64,000 bases of DNA from Actinomycetota bacterium (lineage in GTDB: Bacteria; Actinomycetota; Acidimicrobiia; Acidimicrobiales; JAMCPD01). The notes under the pieces were generated by a model. The model made no database searches. It was given only the letters and a program-made list of their open reading frames with translations, and had not been told where the DNA came from. The stretch spans positions 13,427-77,426 of the forward strand of contig JAMCPD010000025.1 in NCBI GenBank assembly GCA_023379935.1. The letters are read 5' to 3'. Positions 8,393 through 17,224 of the stretch are shown here, piece by piece (the stretch's first letter is position 1; each line of letters begins with the position of its first letter). Made by a program: the position numbers and the translations under genes.

Positions 8393-11300
8393 ATGACCTG
8401 GAAACAGTTTGGTTACAAAAGAGTGATTTTATCGAGCCTGCTGCAAACTGCCATTTTGGTCTTATCATTGTCACCTTATCACTTTGTGTCGGCTGTACAT
8501 GAGTCCTTGGAATCTATTTCACAGTCAAACTGGTCGCTTCCCCAAAAAACCGGAACTCATTTAGGAGGTGGTGTCTTAGAATCTGTATCATGTTCGTCCG
8601 CTATAGATTGCTATGCGGTTGATGCTAAGGGCCAAGAGATACACTTTGATGGAACCGGCTGGTCTGCCCCTGTGAGTATTGATAACGCAAATGTGATCTC
8701 TTCTATATCATGTCCATCTGCAACTTTTTGTGTAGCGGTAGATGAAAGTGGTAACGCCCTAACCTATAACGGCACAAGCTGGTCTTTGCCTTCTCAAATT
8801 GACAGCGATTACGGGTCATTTACATCCGTTTCGTGCGCTTCTGCAACCTTTTGCGTTGCAGTTGATTCAAACGGTTACGCGTACTTTTATAACGGTACTG
8901 CTTGGACATCTAAACAAATTGATCCAAATAACTACTTACAATCTATATCATGTCCCTCTCCAACTTTTTGCGCGGCAGTCGATGATGCTGAAAATGTAAT
9001 GACGTATAACGGTACAACATTTTCAAGTCCGTCTGCAATGTATCAGCTGTATTCAGGCCTTGTCTCGGTATCTTGTGCTTCATCTTCGTTTTGTGTTGCT
9101 GTTGATTACGGCTCAAACGTGTTTAGCTATAATGGAACTGTATGGAGCGGTCCTGTTTATCAAGATCCAACCGGTACTTATTACAGCTCTGTTTCGTGCC
9201 CAACGGTTTCGTTCTGTGTTGCAGTGGATGAAAGCGGACCGACAATATCCACCTTCAATTCGGGCACTTGGAGTTCACTGAACGGACTTGACGCTAATGG
9301 AGTCAATTCTGTGGATTGCGTGTCATCTGACTTTTGTATTGCAGTAGATACCGGCGGGGATACAACCAGTTTTAACGGGACTTCTTGGTCTCCCCCCTTA
9401 GATGTTGATGGGCTGCAAACCTCCATATCATGCAGTTCTAATAACTCATGTATGGCTGTCGATTCGGGCGGCACTTCTTGGCTATGGCAAAATTCTGCAT
9501 GGAACTCTATGGTCGCAAATGAGCAAAGGCTGGTCTCAATATCTTGTGTTCCGTCATCTGTGTGTATGGCTGTTAGTCAAAAAAATACGGCTGTTGAGTT
9601 TAATGGTAGCAGCTGGCTTTCACCTATTAAAATTGATAGTTATGTGTTAACCTCCGTTTCGTGCGCTTCGGCAACCTTCTGTGTTGCGGTAGACAACTTT
9701 GGCCAAGCTCTGTTTTGGAATGGCAGTTCCTGGTCCTCACCGATGCCGGTAATTTTGGATTACCAACTCAGTTCAATATCGTGTGTATCGACTACGTTTT
9801 GTATGGCGGTAGGCACCAAGCCGGTTCTGTGGAACGGCAGTACTTGGTCCATCCCCCCCCGTCAAACCCCAACAATTTTAACTTCGTGGGATTCAATCAG
9901 CTGCTCGTCTGCCAGTTTTTGTTTAGCAGTTGATGGCTTTGGCAATGCCTTTGAATGGAACGGATCAATCTGGTCATCAAATATCAATATTGACTCAAAT
10001 CACCAACTGTTATCGGTTTCGTGTCCTTCAGCTATGTTTTGCGTTGCAGTTGATAACGTTGGCAATGCCTTTATGTTTAACGGCCAAAACTGGTCTTCCG
10101 GAATTGATATTGACACTAATATTATGCTTACTGCTGTTAGTTGCTCGTCAGCCGGTTTTTGCATAGCACTTGATATTCAAGGCAACTATAGTATCTATTC
10201 CACCGTTCCGACCCTTACCTCTATCTCGCCGACTTCAGGACCTCAAGTAGGCGGTCAATCGTTTACCATTTCAGGTACCAACTTCTCCACAGCCTCGGGT
10301 GGAACAACCATTGACTTTGGGTCTACTCCCGCAACATCTGTCTCCTGTTCTACTACGACCTCATGTAGCGGAACTACACCTTCTGGACCACCGGGTGGCG
10401 GAAATGTAGGTGTTACAGCAACTACCAGTGGCGGTACCTCAGGTGCAGCGACTTATACTTATATTGCTCCAACCCTTACCTCTATCTCGCCGACTTTTGG
10501 ACCTGACGTCGGCGGCACGACTGTGACCCTAACCGGTACGGGCTTTGATACCTCGGGCGGAACGACTGTTTCATTTGGATCAACTGCGGCAACATCTGTT
10601 TCCTGTTCTACTACGACCTCATGTAGCGCCGTGTCTCCTGTCGGGCCGCCAAGTGGCGGCGCGGTTTTGGTTACTGTTACAACTGGAGGTGGAACTTCGT
10701 CCGGAGTTAACTTTGACTATTCTGTTTCACCCGGATATACACCCCTTGCTCCTTATCGTATATGTGATACAAGAGCATCTAACAACAAAACCATAAAACA
10801 AAACCAGTGTGATACAAGTGGCGCTTCGCCGATTGGAGCCTCAAAAGCTATCTCAGTAGCCGTAGCGGGATATAACAGCCCCTATCTGGCTTCGGGTGAA
10901 ACCCCGGTTCCAAAAGGAGCAACAGCTGTTGTATTGAACGTTACCGCAATTGGAGGAAGTTCTCCCAGTTATCTTTCTGTATGTCCGGGCGGAGAGAGTT
11001 TATCTACATGTTCTGCCTCTTCAAGCTTGAACTTTGTGGTGGGTCAAAACATACCGAACTCTGTTACGGTAGAGTTGAACTCTTCGGGCTATATAGAGAT
11101 ATACAACTTCGCAGGAAGCGCCAATGTTGCAATTGACGTGGAGGGTTACTATACAACTCTCAGCGGCTCTTTCTCATCACTTAGTATAACGACAAACCGG
11201 TCTGAGAGACAGCGCGGTAATTGTCTTCATTTTTGTCATTTTGGGAAATTGGCGCCCCCGGCAGGATTCGAACCTGCGCACCCGGCTCCGGAGGGCGCTA

Positions 11301-11473
11301 CCTTTTGTCCATTGTGTCCATTTAGTAGGCTACAGTGCATTCTATTTGGGGATTCAGTCCATCTGGTGCTAATAAGTCCACCCAGTATCACATATTTGAT
11401 CGGCAATATTGATCGGCAATGCAATACACCCGACCCTGTAAAGTACAACTGGGCCCTCTGTGTCATATCTTGA
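8393..11473 (+). CDS. Large secreted/cell-surface repeat protein: signal peptide, 14 Cys-pair repeats, 2 IPT/TIG-like domains and a conserved C-terminal ...DVEGYY domain. The last ~100 codons are probably non-native read-through.
   Basis: The track ORF opens at 8291. ATG 8393 gives a signal-like N-terminus (MTWKQFGYKRVILSSLLQTAILVLSLSPYHFVSA). Repeats have the form SVSCxSxxFCVAVDxxGNxxxYNG(T/S)xWSxPxxID. The stop is only reached at 11473, after crossing a tRNA-derived sequence. Confidence 0.75.
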   Translation: MTWKQFGYKRVILSSLLQTAILVLSLSPYHFVSAVHESLESISQSNWSLPQKTGTHLGGGVLESVSCSSAIDCYAVDAKGQEIHFDGTGWSAPVSIDNANVISSISCPSATFCVAVDESGNALTYNGTSWSLPSQIDSDYGSFTSVSCASATFCVAVDSNGYAYFYNGTAWTSKQIDPNNYLQSISCPSPTFCAAVDDAENVMTYNGTTFSSPSAMYQLYSGLVSVSCASSSFCVAVDYGSNVFSYNGTVWSGPVYQDPTGTYYSSVSCPTVSFCVAVDESGPTISTFNSGTWSSLNGLDANGVNSVDCVSSDFCIAVDTGGDTTSFNGTSWSPPLDVDGLQTSISCSSNNSCMAVDSGGTSWLWQNSAWNSMVANEQRLVSISCVPSSVCMAVSQKNTAVEFNGSSWLSPIKIDSYVLTSVSCASATFCVAVDNFGQALFWNGSSWSSPMPVILDYQLSSISCVSTTFCMAVGTKPVLWNGSTWSIPPRQTPTILTSWDSISCSSASFCLAVDGFGNAFEWNGSIWSSNINIDSNHQLLSVSCPSAMFCVAVDNVGNAFMFNGQNWSSGIDIDTNIMLTAVSCSSAGFCIALDIQGNYSIYSTVPTLTSISPTSGPQVGGQSFTISGTNFSTASGGTTIDFGSTPATSVSCSTTTSCSGTTPSGPPGGGNVGVTATTSGGTSGAATYTYIAPTLTSISPTFGPDVGGTTVTLTGTGFDTSGGTTVSFGSTAATSVSCSTTTSCSAVSPVGPPSGGAVLVTVTTGGGTSSGVNFDYSVSPGYTPLAPYRICDTRASNNKTIKQNQCDTSGASPIGASKAISVAVAGYNSPYLASGETPVPKGATAVVLNVTAIGGSSPSYLSVCPGGESLSTCSASSSLNFVVGQNIPNSVTVELNSSGYIEIYNFAGSANVAIDVEGYYTTLSGSFSSLSITTNRSERQRGNCLHFCHFGKLAPPAGFEPAHPAPEGATFCPLCPFSRLQCILFGDSVHLVLISPPSITYLIGNIDRQCNTPDPVKYNWALCVIS
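8582..10200 (+). repeat. 14 tandem ~38-41-aa protein repeats, each with a C-x5-C pair and an NG(T/S)xW motif (beta-propeller-like periodicity)
   Basis: Counted directly from the translation, from LESVSCSSAIDCYAVD... to ...AVSCSSAGFCIALDIQGNYSIYS. The DNA copies are diverged. Confidence 0.85.
10208..10729 (+). repeat. Internal 261-bp (87-aa) duplication forming two IPT/TIG-like domains
   Basis: PTLTSISPT(S/F)GP..GG...T(I/L)(S/T)GT(N/G)F ... FGST(P/A)ATSVSCSTTTSCS occurs twice. Long near-identical DNA stretches start at 10208 and 10469. Confidence 0.85.
11249..11294 (-). repeat. 46-bp exact copy of the 3' part of tRNA-Arg(CCG), from anticodon loop to CCA (att-like direct repeat)
   Basis: ttggcgcccccggcaggattcgaacctgcgcacccggctccggagg is identical at 11249-11294 and 12187-12232. 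Sequence beyond the copy does not fold as the 5' half of a tRNA. Confidence 0.9.
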
Positions 11474-11867
11474 TAAGTTGGAGCTTGCCCATCGTTTGAA
11501 TCGAGTCAAAGTCACTATCTTGTGAAATTATGGGTAAATTATTAGCTATTGCTGTTGCGGCTATCCATAAGTCGTTTACATTGACTCTTTGGCCACCTTC
11601 GGCAAGTCGCACTCGAAGCTCCGCCCAGACCCGAGCTGCTTCTTCGCCTATAGACAAAACCTCTACTTCTGCCAGCGCTTCTAGTGTAGCCAAGCGCCTA
11701 GCTCGAGTCGCAACATCCCCGGTTGCAAGTACACCGGCATATAATTCTGCAACCGTAATAACGGAAATAACTATCTCATCTGGAAGCTTTTCAAACTTTA
11801 TAGGACGTCGCTGCTCTTTAGCGATAAATACGCTCGTATCCGCAAGGCCTCGAATTGTCCTCGTCAC
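11463..11867 (-). CDS. vapC: VapC-type PIN-domain toxin (type II TA)
   Basis: 134 aa. PIN acidic residues lie in LADTSVFI, TVAELYAG, NDLWIAATA and SQDSDF. GTGA overlap with the upstream antitoxin gene. Confidence 0.85.
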   Translation of the reverse strand: MTRTIRGLADTSVFIAKEQRRPIKFEKLPDEIVISVITVAELYAGVLATGDVATRARRLATLEALAEVEVLSIGEEAARVWAELRVRLAEGGQRVNVNDLWIAATAIANNLPIISQDSDFDSIQTMGKLQLIKI

Positions 11868-12118
11868 CGAATTGGGAGTTCGTCTGTGGTCTCACCGCTT
11901 AACCGGGCAAGATCTGCCCTCAAACCGGGGTCTGATTGGCGTAATTTCAAAATCTCAGCAAACTCCTTTCGAGAAAGAGGTCGTTTCTTGGAAACTTTTG
12001 CCGCAATTAATTGCGCCACAGGGTTGCCTCTCACGGTTATAGTTATTTTTTCACCTTCTTGAACTCGGCGGAGAAGTGACGCAGTGTCGTTTCGTAATTC
12101 ACGAGATGGTACATCCAT
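11864..12118 (-). CDS. Phd/YefM-family antitoxin partner of VapC
   Basis: MDVPSRELRNDTASLLRRVQEGEKITITVRGNPVAQLI is a typical Phd/YefM N-terminus. The track ORF extends to 12154 but ATG 12118 is preferred. 4-nt overlap with vapC. Confidence 0.8.
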   Translation of the reverse strand: MDVPSRELRNDTASLLRRVQEGEKITITVRGNPVAQLIAAKVSKKRPLSRKEFAEILKLRQSDPGLRADLARLSGETTDELPIR

Positions 12119-12187
12119 GCCACAATTGTAGTATAGATGTAGGACATTGGTCAAATTGGGCTAGTATCTCATAACTAGGACTATTTT

Positions 12188-12262
12188 TTGGCGCCCCCGG
12201 CAGGATTCGAACCTGCGCACCCGGCTCCGGAGGCCGGTGCTCTATCCCCTGAGCTACGGAGG
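12188..12262 (-). tRNA. tRNA-Arg (anticodon CCG), CCA encoded
   Basis: Reverse complement is GCCTCCGTAGCTCAGGGGATAGAGCACCGGCCTCCGGAGCCGGGTGCGCAGGTTCGAATCCTGCCGGGGGCGCCA. It folds as a cloverleaf with anticodon loop CTCCGGA and T-loop TTCGAAT. Confidence 0.9.
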
Positions 12263-12319
12263 CATATCACTTACATTTACGTGAACACGGTTACAGGAGG
12301 ATATCTTTTACCATACTGA

Positions 12320-12694
12320 TTAGAATAGGCAAAATCCATCACTAAGACCAACAATTAGAAGAGTTGCCGCAAAGGTAGCAAGCGTCGCTGCCAATGCTGC
12401 AATGGATAACAGAAGGGGGGCAACTATTATCTTATGCTTCGCGAGAAGCACAGCTGAACAGATCGTAGATACTGTTGCTAAGAGAATGAATACTGTCGGT
12501 ATTCCAATACTAAGATAGTATTGGAATACAGGCAACCGGGTAGAGCAGTTAGCATGTGATATGCTTGTCGAGGTAGCCCAGTTCATAAGCAATAAGTTGG
12601 TTGGTATTGCCATGTATGAAACAGCTACGGTGATCCACAGCATCTTTGGTGTATGCCTGAAAGAATGAGATGTTCCTGTTAGTTTCATTTCCAC
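12320..12694 (-). CDS. Hypothetical small integral membrane protein (about 4 TM)
   Basis: 124-aa ORF, strongly hydrophobic, with no recognisable motif. Confidence 0.45.
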   Translation of the reverse strand: MEMKLTGTSHSFRHTPKMLWITVAVSYMAIPTNLLLMNWATSTSISHANCSTRLPVFQYYLSIGIPTVFILLATVSTICSAVLLAKHKIIVAPLLLSIAALAATLATFAATLLIVGLSDGFCLF

Positions 12695-12748
12695 GAGTAT
12701 CAGTATAGACTGTTCGCATTAGTTGCGAACGGGTTGTGTAAAGAAAGT

Positions 12749-14488
12749 ATGTTTATCAAAGATCAATTAACACAGGTAATACATCAAGTTTTATTACAGA
12801 TGGGTTTTGAGGTTAGCACCCAAGAGATACACCTGGAGCAACCTGCTCTACCTGAACATGGTGACTGGTCTACCAATATAGCTCTGGTCTTGGCTAAACG
12901 TGTCAAGATGTCGCCCGTTGAACTTAGCTCGGCAGTTGCTAAGACAGTTGAGGATGATATCAGTAGTTTTGCTTTTGCCTATATCAAAGCTGTCAAGGCC
13001 GTATCTCCTGGTTTTGTAAACTTTTATCTGTATAATTCATGGTTGCACCAGGAGCTTATTGAGCTTTTCAAGCAAGGAGAACACCATTATGCTGCTTTTG
13101 ACATAGGTAAAGGCAAGGCAGTGCAGGTAGAGTTCATCTCCGCTAATCCTACAGGTCCTTTGCATGTTGGAAATGGATGGTGGGGGTGTTATGGGGATGC
13201 ATTGGCCAGATTACTGTCTCGCTGCGGCTGGATGGTGTCAAGAGAGTACTATGTAAACGACACCGGCGGACAGATAAGAGAGCTGGGAGCCAGTATCCTG
13301 GCTGCAAAGCGAGGCAAAGAACTGCCGGAAGGTGGGTATAAAGGAGAATATATTTCACTATTGGCTGCTTCATATGATGAAGCAGCGCAGGCAGAGGTGG
13401 AGGGTGATGAGGCAGCGGATGGTCAAGGTGCAATAACGGCGGTAGAAAAAGCCGGTATTTGGGCTGCAAAGCGTATACTTGAAAACATAAAAACAACCTG
13501 CAACAGGCTCGGTATTATATTTGATAAGTACTATAGCCAAAGGGAGATGGAACAAAGCGGTGCTTTGGATCAGTCTCTAAAAGATTTGGACAAGAGGTCG
13601 CTTCTGTACAGGGATGAAGGTGCTCTTTGGTTTAAGTCCAGCTCGCTTGGTGATTCGAGAGATCGTGTGCTGGTTAAATCCGACGGCGAGTACACTTATC
13701 TGGCCGCTGATATTGCTTATCATAGAGACAAGTTCATACTTAGGGGATTTGACAGGGTTATTGATGTTTTCGGAGCTGACCATCATGGGCATGTTCCCAG
13801 CCTCCTAGCGGGTGTTGAAGCACTGGGGGTGCAAAAAGGAAGCCTGGAGGTAAAAATAGGGCAGATGGTTTCGCTTGTAGGAGGTATAGGGACAAAATCT
13901 GATGCAGATGGTTCGAATTTAAGCGCAACGGGAGCAGCAGTGAAGATGTCCAAGAGGGAGGGTAATGTTGTACTTTTGGACTCCTTGATTGATGAGATCG
14001 GCATTGATGCGGTTAGGCTGCTTTCTCTGTTGAGTTCTATAGACCAGGCGGTTACATTGGACCTTGATTTGGTTAAAAAACAGTCCATGGAAAATCCTGT
14101 TTATTATGTTCAGTATGCTCATGCCCGTATAGCATCAATTCAAAAGTTTGCCGAAGTTCGGGGGCACGCCGGCTTAGACCGGGTTAACCTGAATCTGAAT
14201 ACCTTAAATGTTCTCCGGCACCCTCGTGAACTAGATTTGATCCGTTGTTTAATTGAACTGCCTGATATCATAATGAGTGCATACAACGAACTTGCACCGT
14301 TTAAAGTTACTACTTGGGTAAGAAAGCTGGCCGGTTGTTTTCATGGTTTTTATCATGATTGTCGAGTGATTGGAGATGATGTTGCACTGGAAATTACTGA
14401 GGCGAGGCTATGGTTAACAGAAGCAGTGAGGATTGGGCTAAAGATTGGACTCGAACTACTTGGAGTCAGTCTTCCTGAGTCGATGTGA
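12749..14488 (+). CDS. argS: Arginine--tRNA ligase
   Basis: Class I motifs SANPTGPLHVGNG (HIGH-like) and KMSKREGN (KMSK). The track ORF starts at TTG 12734 but ATG 12749 is preferred. Confidence 0.93.
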   Translation: MFIKDQLTQVIHQVLLQMGFEVSTQEIHLEQPALPEHGDWSTNIALVLAKRVKMSPVELSSAVAKTVEDDISSFAFAYIKAVKAVSPGFVNFYLYNSWLHQELIELFKQGEHHYAAFDIGKGKAVQVEFISANPTGPLHVGNGWWGCYGDALARLLSRCGWMVSREYYVNDTGGQIRELGASILAAKRGKELPEGGYKGEYISLLAASYDEAAQAEVEGDEAADGQGAITAVEKAGIWAAKRILENIKTTCNRLGIIFDKYYSQREMEQSGALDQSLKDLDKRSLLYRDEGALWFKSSSLGDSRDRVLVKSDGEYTYLAADIAYHRDKFILRGFDRVIDVFGADHHGHVPSLLAGVEALGVQKGSLEVKIGQMVSLVGGIGTKSDADGSNLSATGAAVKMSKREGNVVLLDSLIDEIGIDAVRLLSLLSSIDQAVTLDLDLVKKQSMENPVYYVQYAHARIASIQKFAEVRGHAGLDRVNLNLNTLNVLRHPRELDLIRCLIELPDIIMSAYNELAPFKVTTWVRKLAGCFHGFYHDCRVIGDDVALEITEARLWLTEAVRIGLKIGLELLGVSLPESM

Positions 14489-14547
14489 AACTGTAATGTG
14501 AGGTTGTGAAGTTGAGTCAAGGTAAAAAATGTGAAACAAGGTATGGT

Positions 14548-15876
14548 ATGACCGCAATAGACCCCACTGAACCGATTAACCTTGCTTTACTGCCATGTAC
14601 TGCGGAAGTTTCTTCAGATGGCAGCCTAACCATAGGAGGTGTAGATCTTATCGCTTTGGCGAAGGAGTTTGGAACTCCGCTATTTGTCTACGATGAAGAG
14701 CACTTACGCTTGCGTTGTCGCCAAGCTGTCACTTCTTGGGGTGAAGGTGTGGCTTATGGGACCAAGGCCTTCTTGTGTAAAGAAATGGCAAAATTAGCTT
14801 ATCAAGAGGGTATGTGGTTGGATGTAGCAACCGGAGGCGAGCTGTACGTAGCTTTAGCTGCCGGCGTACCTGCCGATCACATCAAAATGCACGGCAATAA
14901 TAAGTCTTTAGAAGAACTGCAGATGGCTTTACACCCCGGTGTGGGTAAAGCTGGGGTGGGTCGTATAGTAGTTGACTCTTTTGATGAGATAAGACGTTTG
15001 GAAGAGTTGCTCAAAGCTCCCGGAACTCTAAGGACTGACCAACCTCAGCCTGTTATGCTCAGGGTTACACCAGGTATAGATGCTCATACTCATTCTCATG
15101 TGATGACCGGTCAAGAAGACACCAAGTTCGGTTTTTCCATTGCTTCTGGAGCAGCTGTTCAAGCGGTTGAAAAACTTATGGATATAAAGGATCTCAACTT
15201 AGTCGGAATACACGTGCACATAGGCAGCCAGATATTAGAGTTGGAGGCTTTTGTCAAGACTATTGAGGCTCTGGCGGATTTCTTCATTCACCTGGATTTG
15301 GGTGAGCTTTGTATCGGAGGCGGGCTTGGAGTTGCTTATTTGAACAGTGAGATACCTTTAGTTTCAGACATGTCAACCTGGGCTGATGCGCTCAAACAGA
15401 CTTGTAAAAAGGTGGGTATATCAGACAAGGTAAAGCTTACGGCTGAACCGGGAAGGGCGATAGTCGCTCAAGCAGCTGTTACACTTTATAAAGTGGGAAC
15501 TATCAAAAAGCTTGGACAACCGAGAACATATGTAGCTGTTGACGGCGGCATGAGTGATAATCCACGCCCCATTTTGTATGGCAGTGAATATGAGGCTTTT
15601 CTGCCCCGCGCCGTCTTATCGGACCGTCGAGAAAGAGCCAGAGTAGTTGGCAAGCACTGTGAATCAGGCGATGTACTGGTACATGACGGCTATTTGCCCC
15701 AAGACATAGAAGTGGGTGACATACTTGCTATTCCGGTTACGGGAGCCTATGGATACTCAATGGCATCTAATTACAACAAGCAACCAAAGGCGGCTGTAGT
15801 ATTTGTAAAAGACAAACAAGCCAGGTTGGTACTCAAGCGTGAAAGTTATGAGGATCTCTTGAGGTTGGAACAGTAA
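14548..15876 (+). CDS. lysA: Diaminopimelate decarboxylase
   Basis: GTPLFVYDEEHLR, GIHVHIGSQI, EPGRAIVAQA, CESGD and the YGYSMASNYN tail. The track ORF starts at GTG 14506, so the start is uncertain. Confidence 0.92.
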   Translation: MTAIDPTEPINLALLPCTAEVSSDGSLTIGGVDLIALAKEFGTPLFVYDEEHLRLRCRQAVTSWGEGVAYGTKAFLCKEMAKLAYQEGMWLDVATGGELYVALAAGVPADHIKMHGNNKSLEELQMALHPGVGKAGVGRIVVDSFDEIRRLEELLKAPGTLRTDQPQPVMLRVTPGIDAHTHSHVMTGQEDTKFGFSIASGAAVQAVEKLMDIKDLNLVGIHVHIGSQILELEAFVKTIEALADFFIHLDLGELCIGGGLGVAYLNSEIPLVSDMSTWADALKQTCKKVGISDKVKLTAEPGRAIVAQAAVTLYKVGTIKKLGQPRTYVAVDGGMSDNPRPILYGSEYEAFLPRAVLSDRRERARVVGKHCESGDVLVHDGYLPQDIEVGDILAIPVTGAYGYSMASNYNKQPKAAVVFVKDKQARLVLKRESYEDLLRLEQ

Positions 15877-15889
15877 GGTCGTATATGAG

Positions 15890-17224
15890 GTGTCTAAAGT
15901 AGTGGTGAACAAAAGGACGAATTTAAGGGTTGGTATATTAGGATGTGGTAATGTAGGTGCCGCATTACTTCGTTTGCTTGACTCTGACAGCCACAGGATA
16001 CTTGCTCGAACCGGAATAGGCTTAGAAGTCTCAAAGGTGTTAGTTAGGGATTTGGATAAGTCTAGAAATGTTTCGCTTACTTCCGCCAATCTATCAGACA
16101 TACTGACAAATGATTCGCAGGCGATAGTATCTAACCCTGATATCGATATAGTGGTTGAGTTGATAGGAGGGGTAGAACCGGCTTATAGCTTGATTGAGAC
16201 TGCATTGAAAGCGGGCAAGCCTGTGGTGACCGCCAACAAAGAACTCCTTTCCCGCAAAGCTTTAAAACTGGTGAATATTTCTATTGAAAATAAGGTTGAA
16301 CTGTTATATGAAGCGGCAGTAGGCGGCGCAATACCTTTAGTCAGAGCACTGCGTGAATCTTTGGCAGGTGAGCGTATCGAAAAGGTCATAGGAATAGTCA
16401 ACGGGACAACCAACTATATACTTACACGTATGGCAGAAGAGGGGTTGGATTTTGAGTATGCACTTTCTCAAGCACAAAGCTTGGGATTTGCCGAAGCTGA
16501 CCCAACTGCCGACATAGAAGGATACGATGCCGCGGGAAAGGCTGCAATACTGGCGAGCATTGTTTTTGGACAGAATATAACCTTTGACGATGTATACAGA
16601 GAGGGAATAGGCAAAGTCCGCAGCCAGGATGTAGATATAGCAACCAAGTTGGGCTATGTGATTAAGTTGCTGGTGATAGCCGAAAAGCTGGGTGATAGCC
16701 GGGTTGCCGTAAGGGTGCACCCCGCAATGTTAGACAAACAACATCCTTTGGCAAGTGTCAGGGGGGCATTCAATGCGGTATTTATTGAAGGTGCATCTGC
16801 CGGTGAGCTGATGCTTTACGGGCAAGGCGCAGGCGGAGTTCCAACTGCAAGTGCGGTGTTGGGAGATTTGATAGATGCGGGTCACCATCTACAAAGTGGT
16901 TCCTTTCCTTCTCCCGACCTGACCGGTTTGAGGAAAGAGGCACACATTCACCCAATGGAGACTTTGAGCTCTCAGTTTTATTTGAACATTGATGTACTTG
17001 ACCAACCCGGGGTGTTGGCTCTCGTGGCAAAGGTTTTTGGCGATAACAAAGTGTCGATTCGTTTAATGGAACAAATGGGGTTGGGGTCCGAAGCACGCCT
17101 TGTATTCCTAACTCATAAAGCCGTAGAGAAAGATGTTACCGCCACCTTGAGTGCTTTGGAGAGTTTGGATGTGGTACGTCGTATTGGCGGCGTGATAAGG
17201 ATACTGGGCGAGGAGATAGTGTAG
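15890..17224 (+). CDS. hom: Homoserine dehydrogenase
   Basis: NAD-binding [20 protein letters not shown], catalytic-domain [13 protein letters not shown] and a C-terminal ACT-like domain. Lies in the argS-lysA-hom-thrC order. Confidence 0.92.
   Translation: MSKVVVNKRTNLRVGILGCGNVGAALLRLLDSDSHRILARTGIGLEVSKVLVRDLDKSRNVSLTSANLSDILTNDSQAIVSNPDIDIVVELIGGVEPAYSLIETALKAGKPVVTANKELLSRKALKLVNISIENKVELLYEAAVGGAIPLVRALRESLAGERIEKVIGIVNGTTNYILTRMAEEGLDFEYALSQAQSLGFAEADPTADIEGYDAAGKAAILASIVFGQNITFDDVYREGIGKVRSQDVDIATKLGYVIKLLVIAEKLGDSRVAVRVHPAMLDKQHPLASVRGAFNAVFIEGASAGELMLYGQGAGGVPTASAVLGDLIDAGHHLQSGSFPSPDLTGLRKEAHIHPMETLSSQFYLNIDVLDQPGVLALVAKVFGDNKVSIRLMEQMGLGSEARLVFLTHKAVEKDVTATLSALESLDVVRRIGGVIRILGEEIV

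Larger units (their letters stand above)
11249..12232. mobile_element. Putative remnant or miniature tRNA-Arg-integrated islet carrying only a vapBC module (no integrase present)
   Basis: Same-orientation 46-bp repeats, one of them part of an intact tRNA, bracket 892 bp containing only the TA pair. This is the geometry of integration into a tRNA 3' end. Confidence 0.5.

Noticed and set aside
11249-11330. Possible second tRNA-Arg gene
   Set aside because: Only the 3' 46 nt match. The sequence replacing the 5' half (GCCTACTAAATGGACACAATGGACAAAAGGTAGCGCC) cannot form D-arm or anticodon-stem pairings, so this is a partial copy and not a gene.
11530-12042. 170-aa ORF on the plus strand across the vapBC module
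   Set aside because: It is antisense to two well-supported TA genes. Its Ala/Ser/Arg-rich, low-complexity translation is typical of a shadow ORF, and it has no motif.
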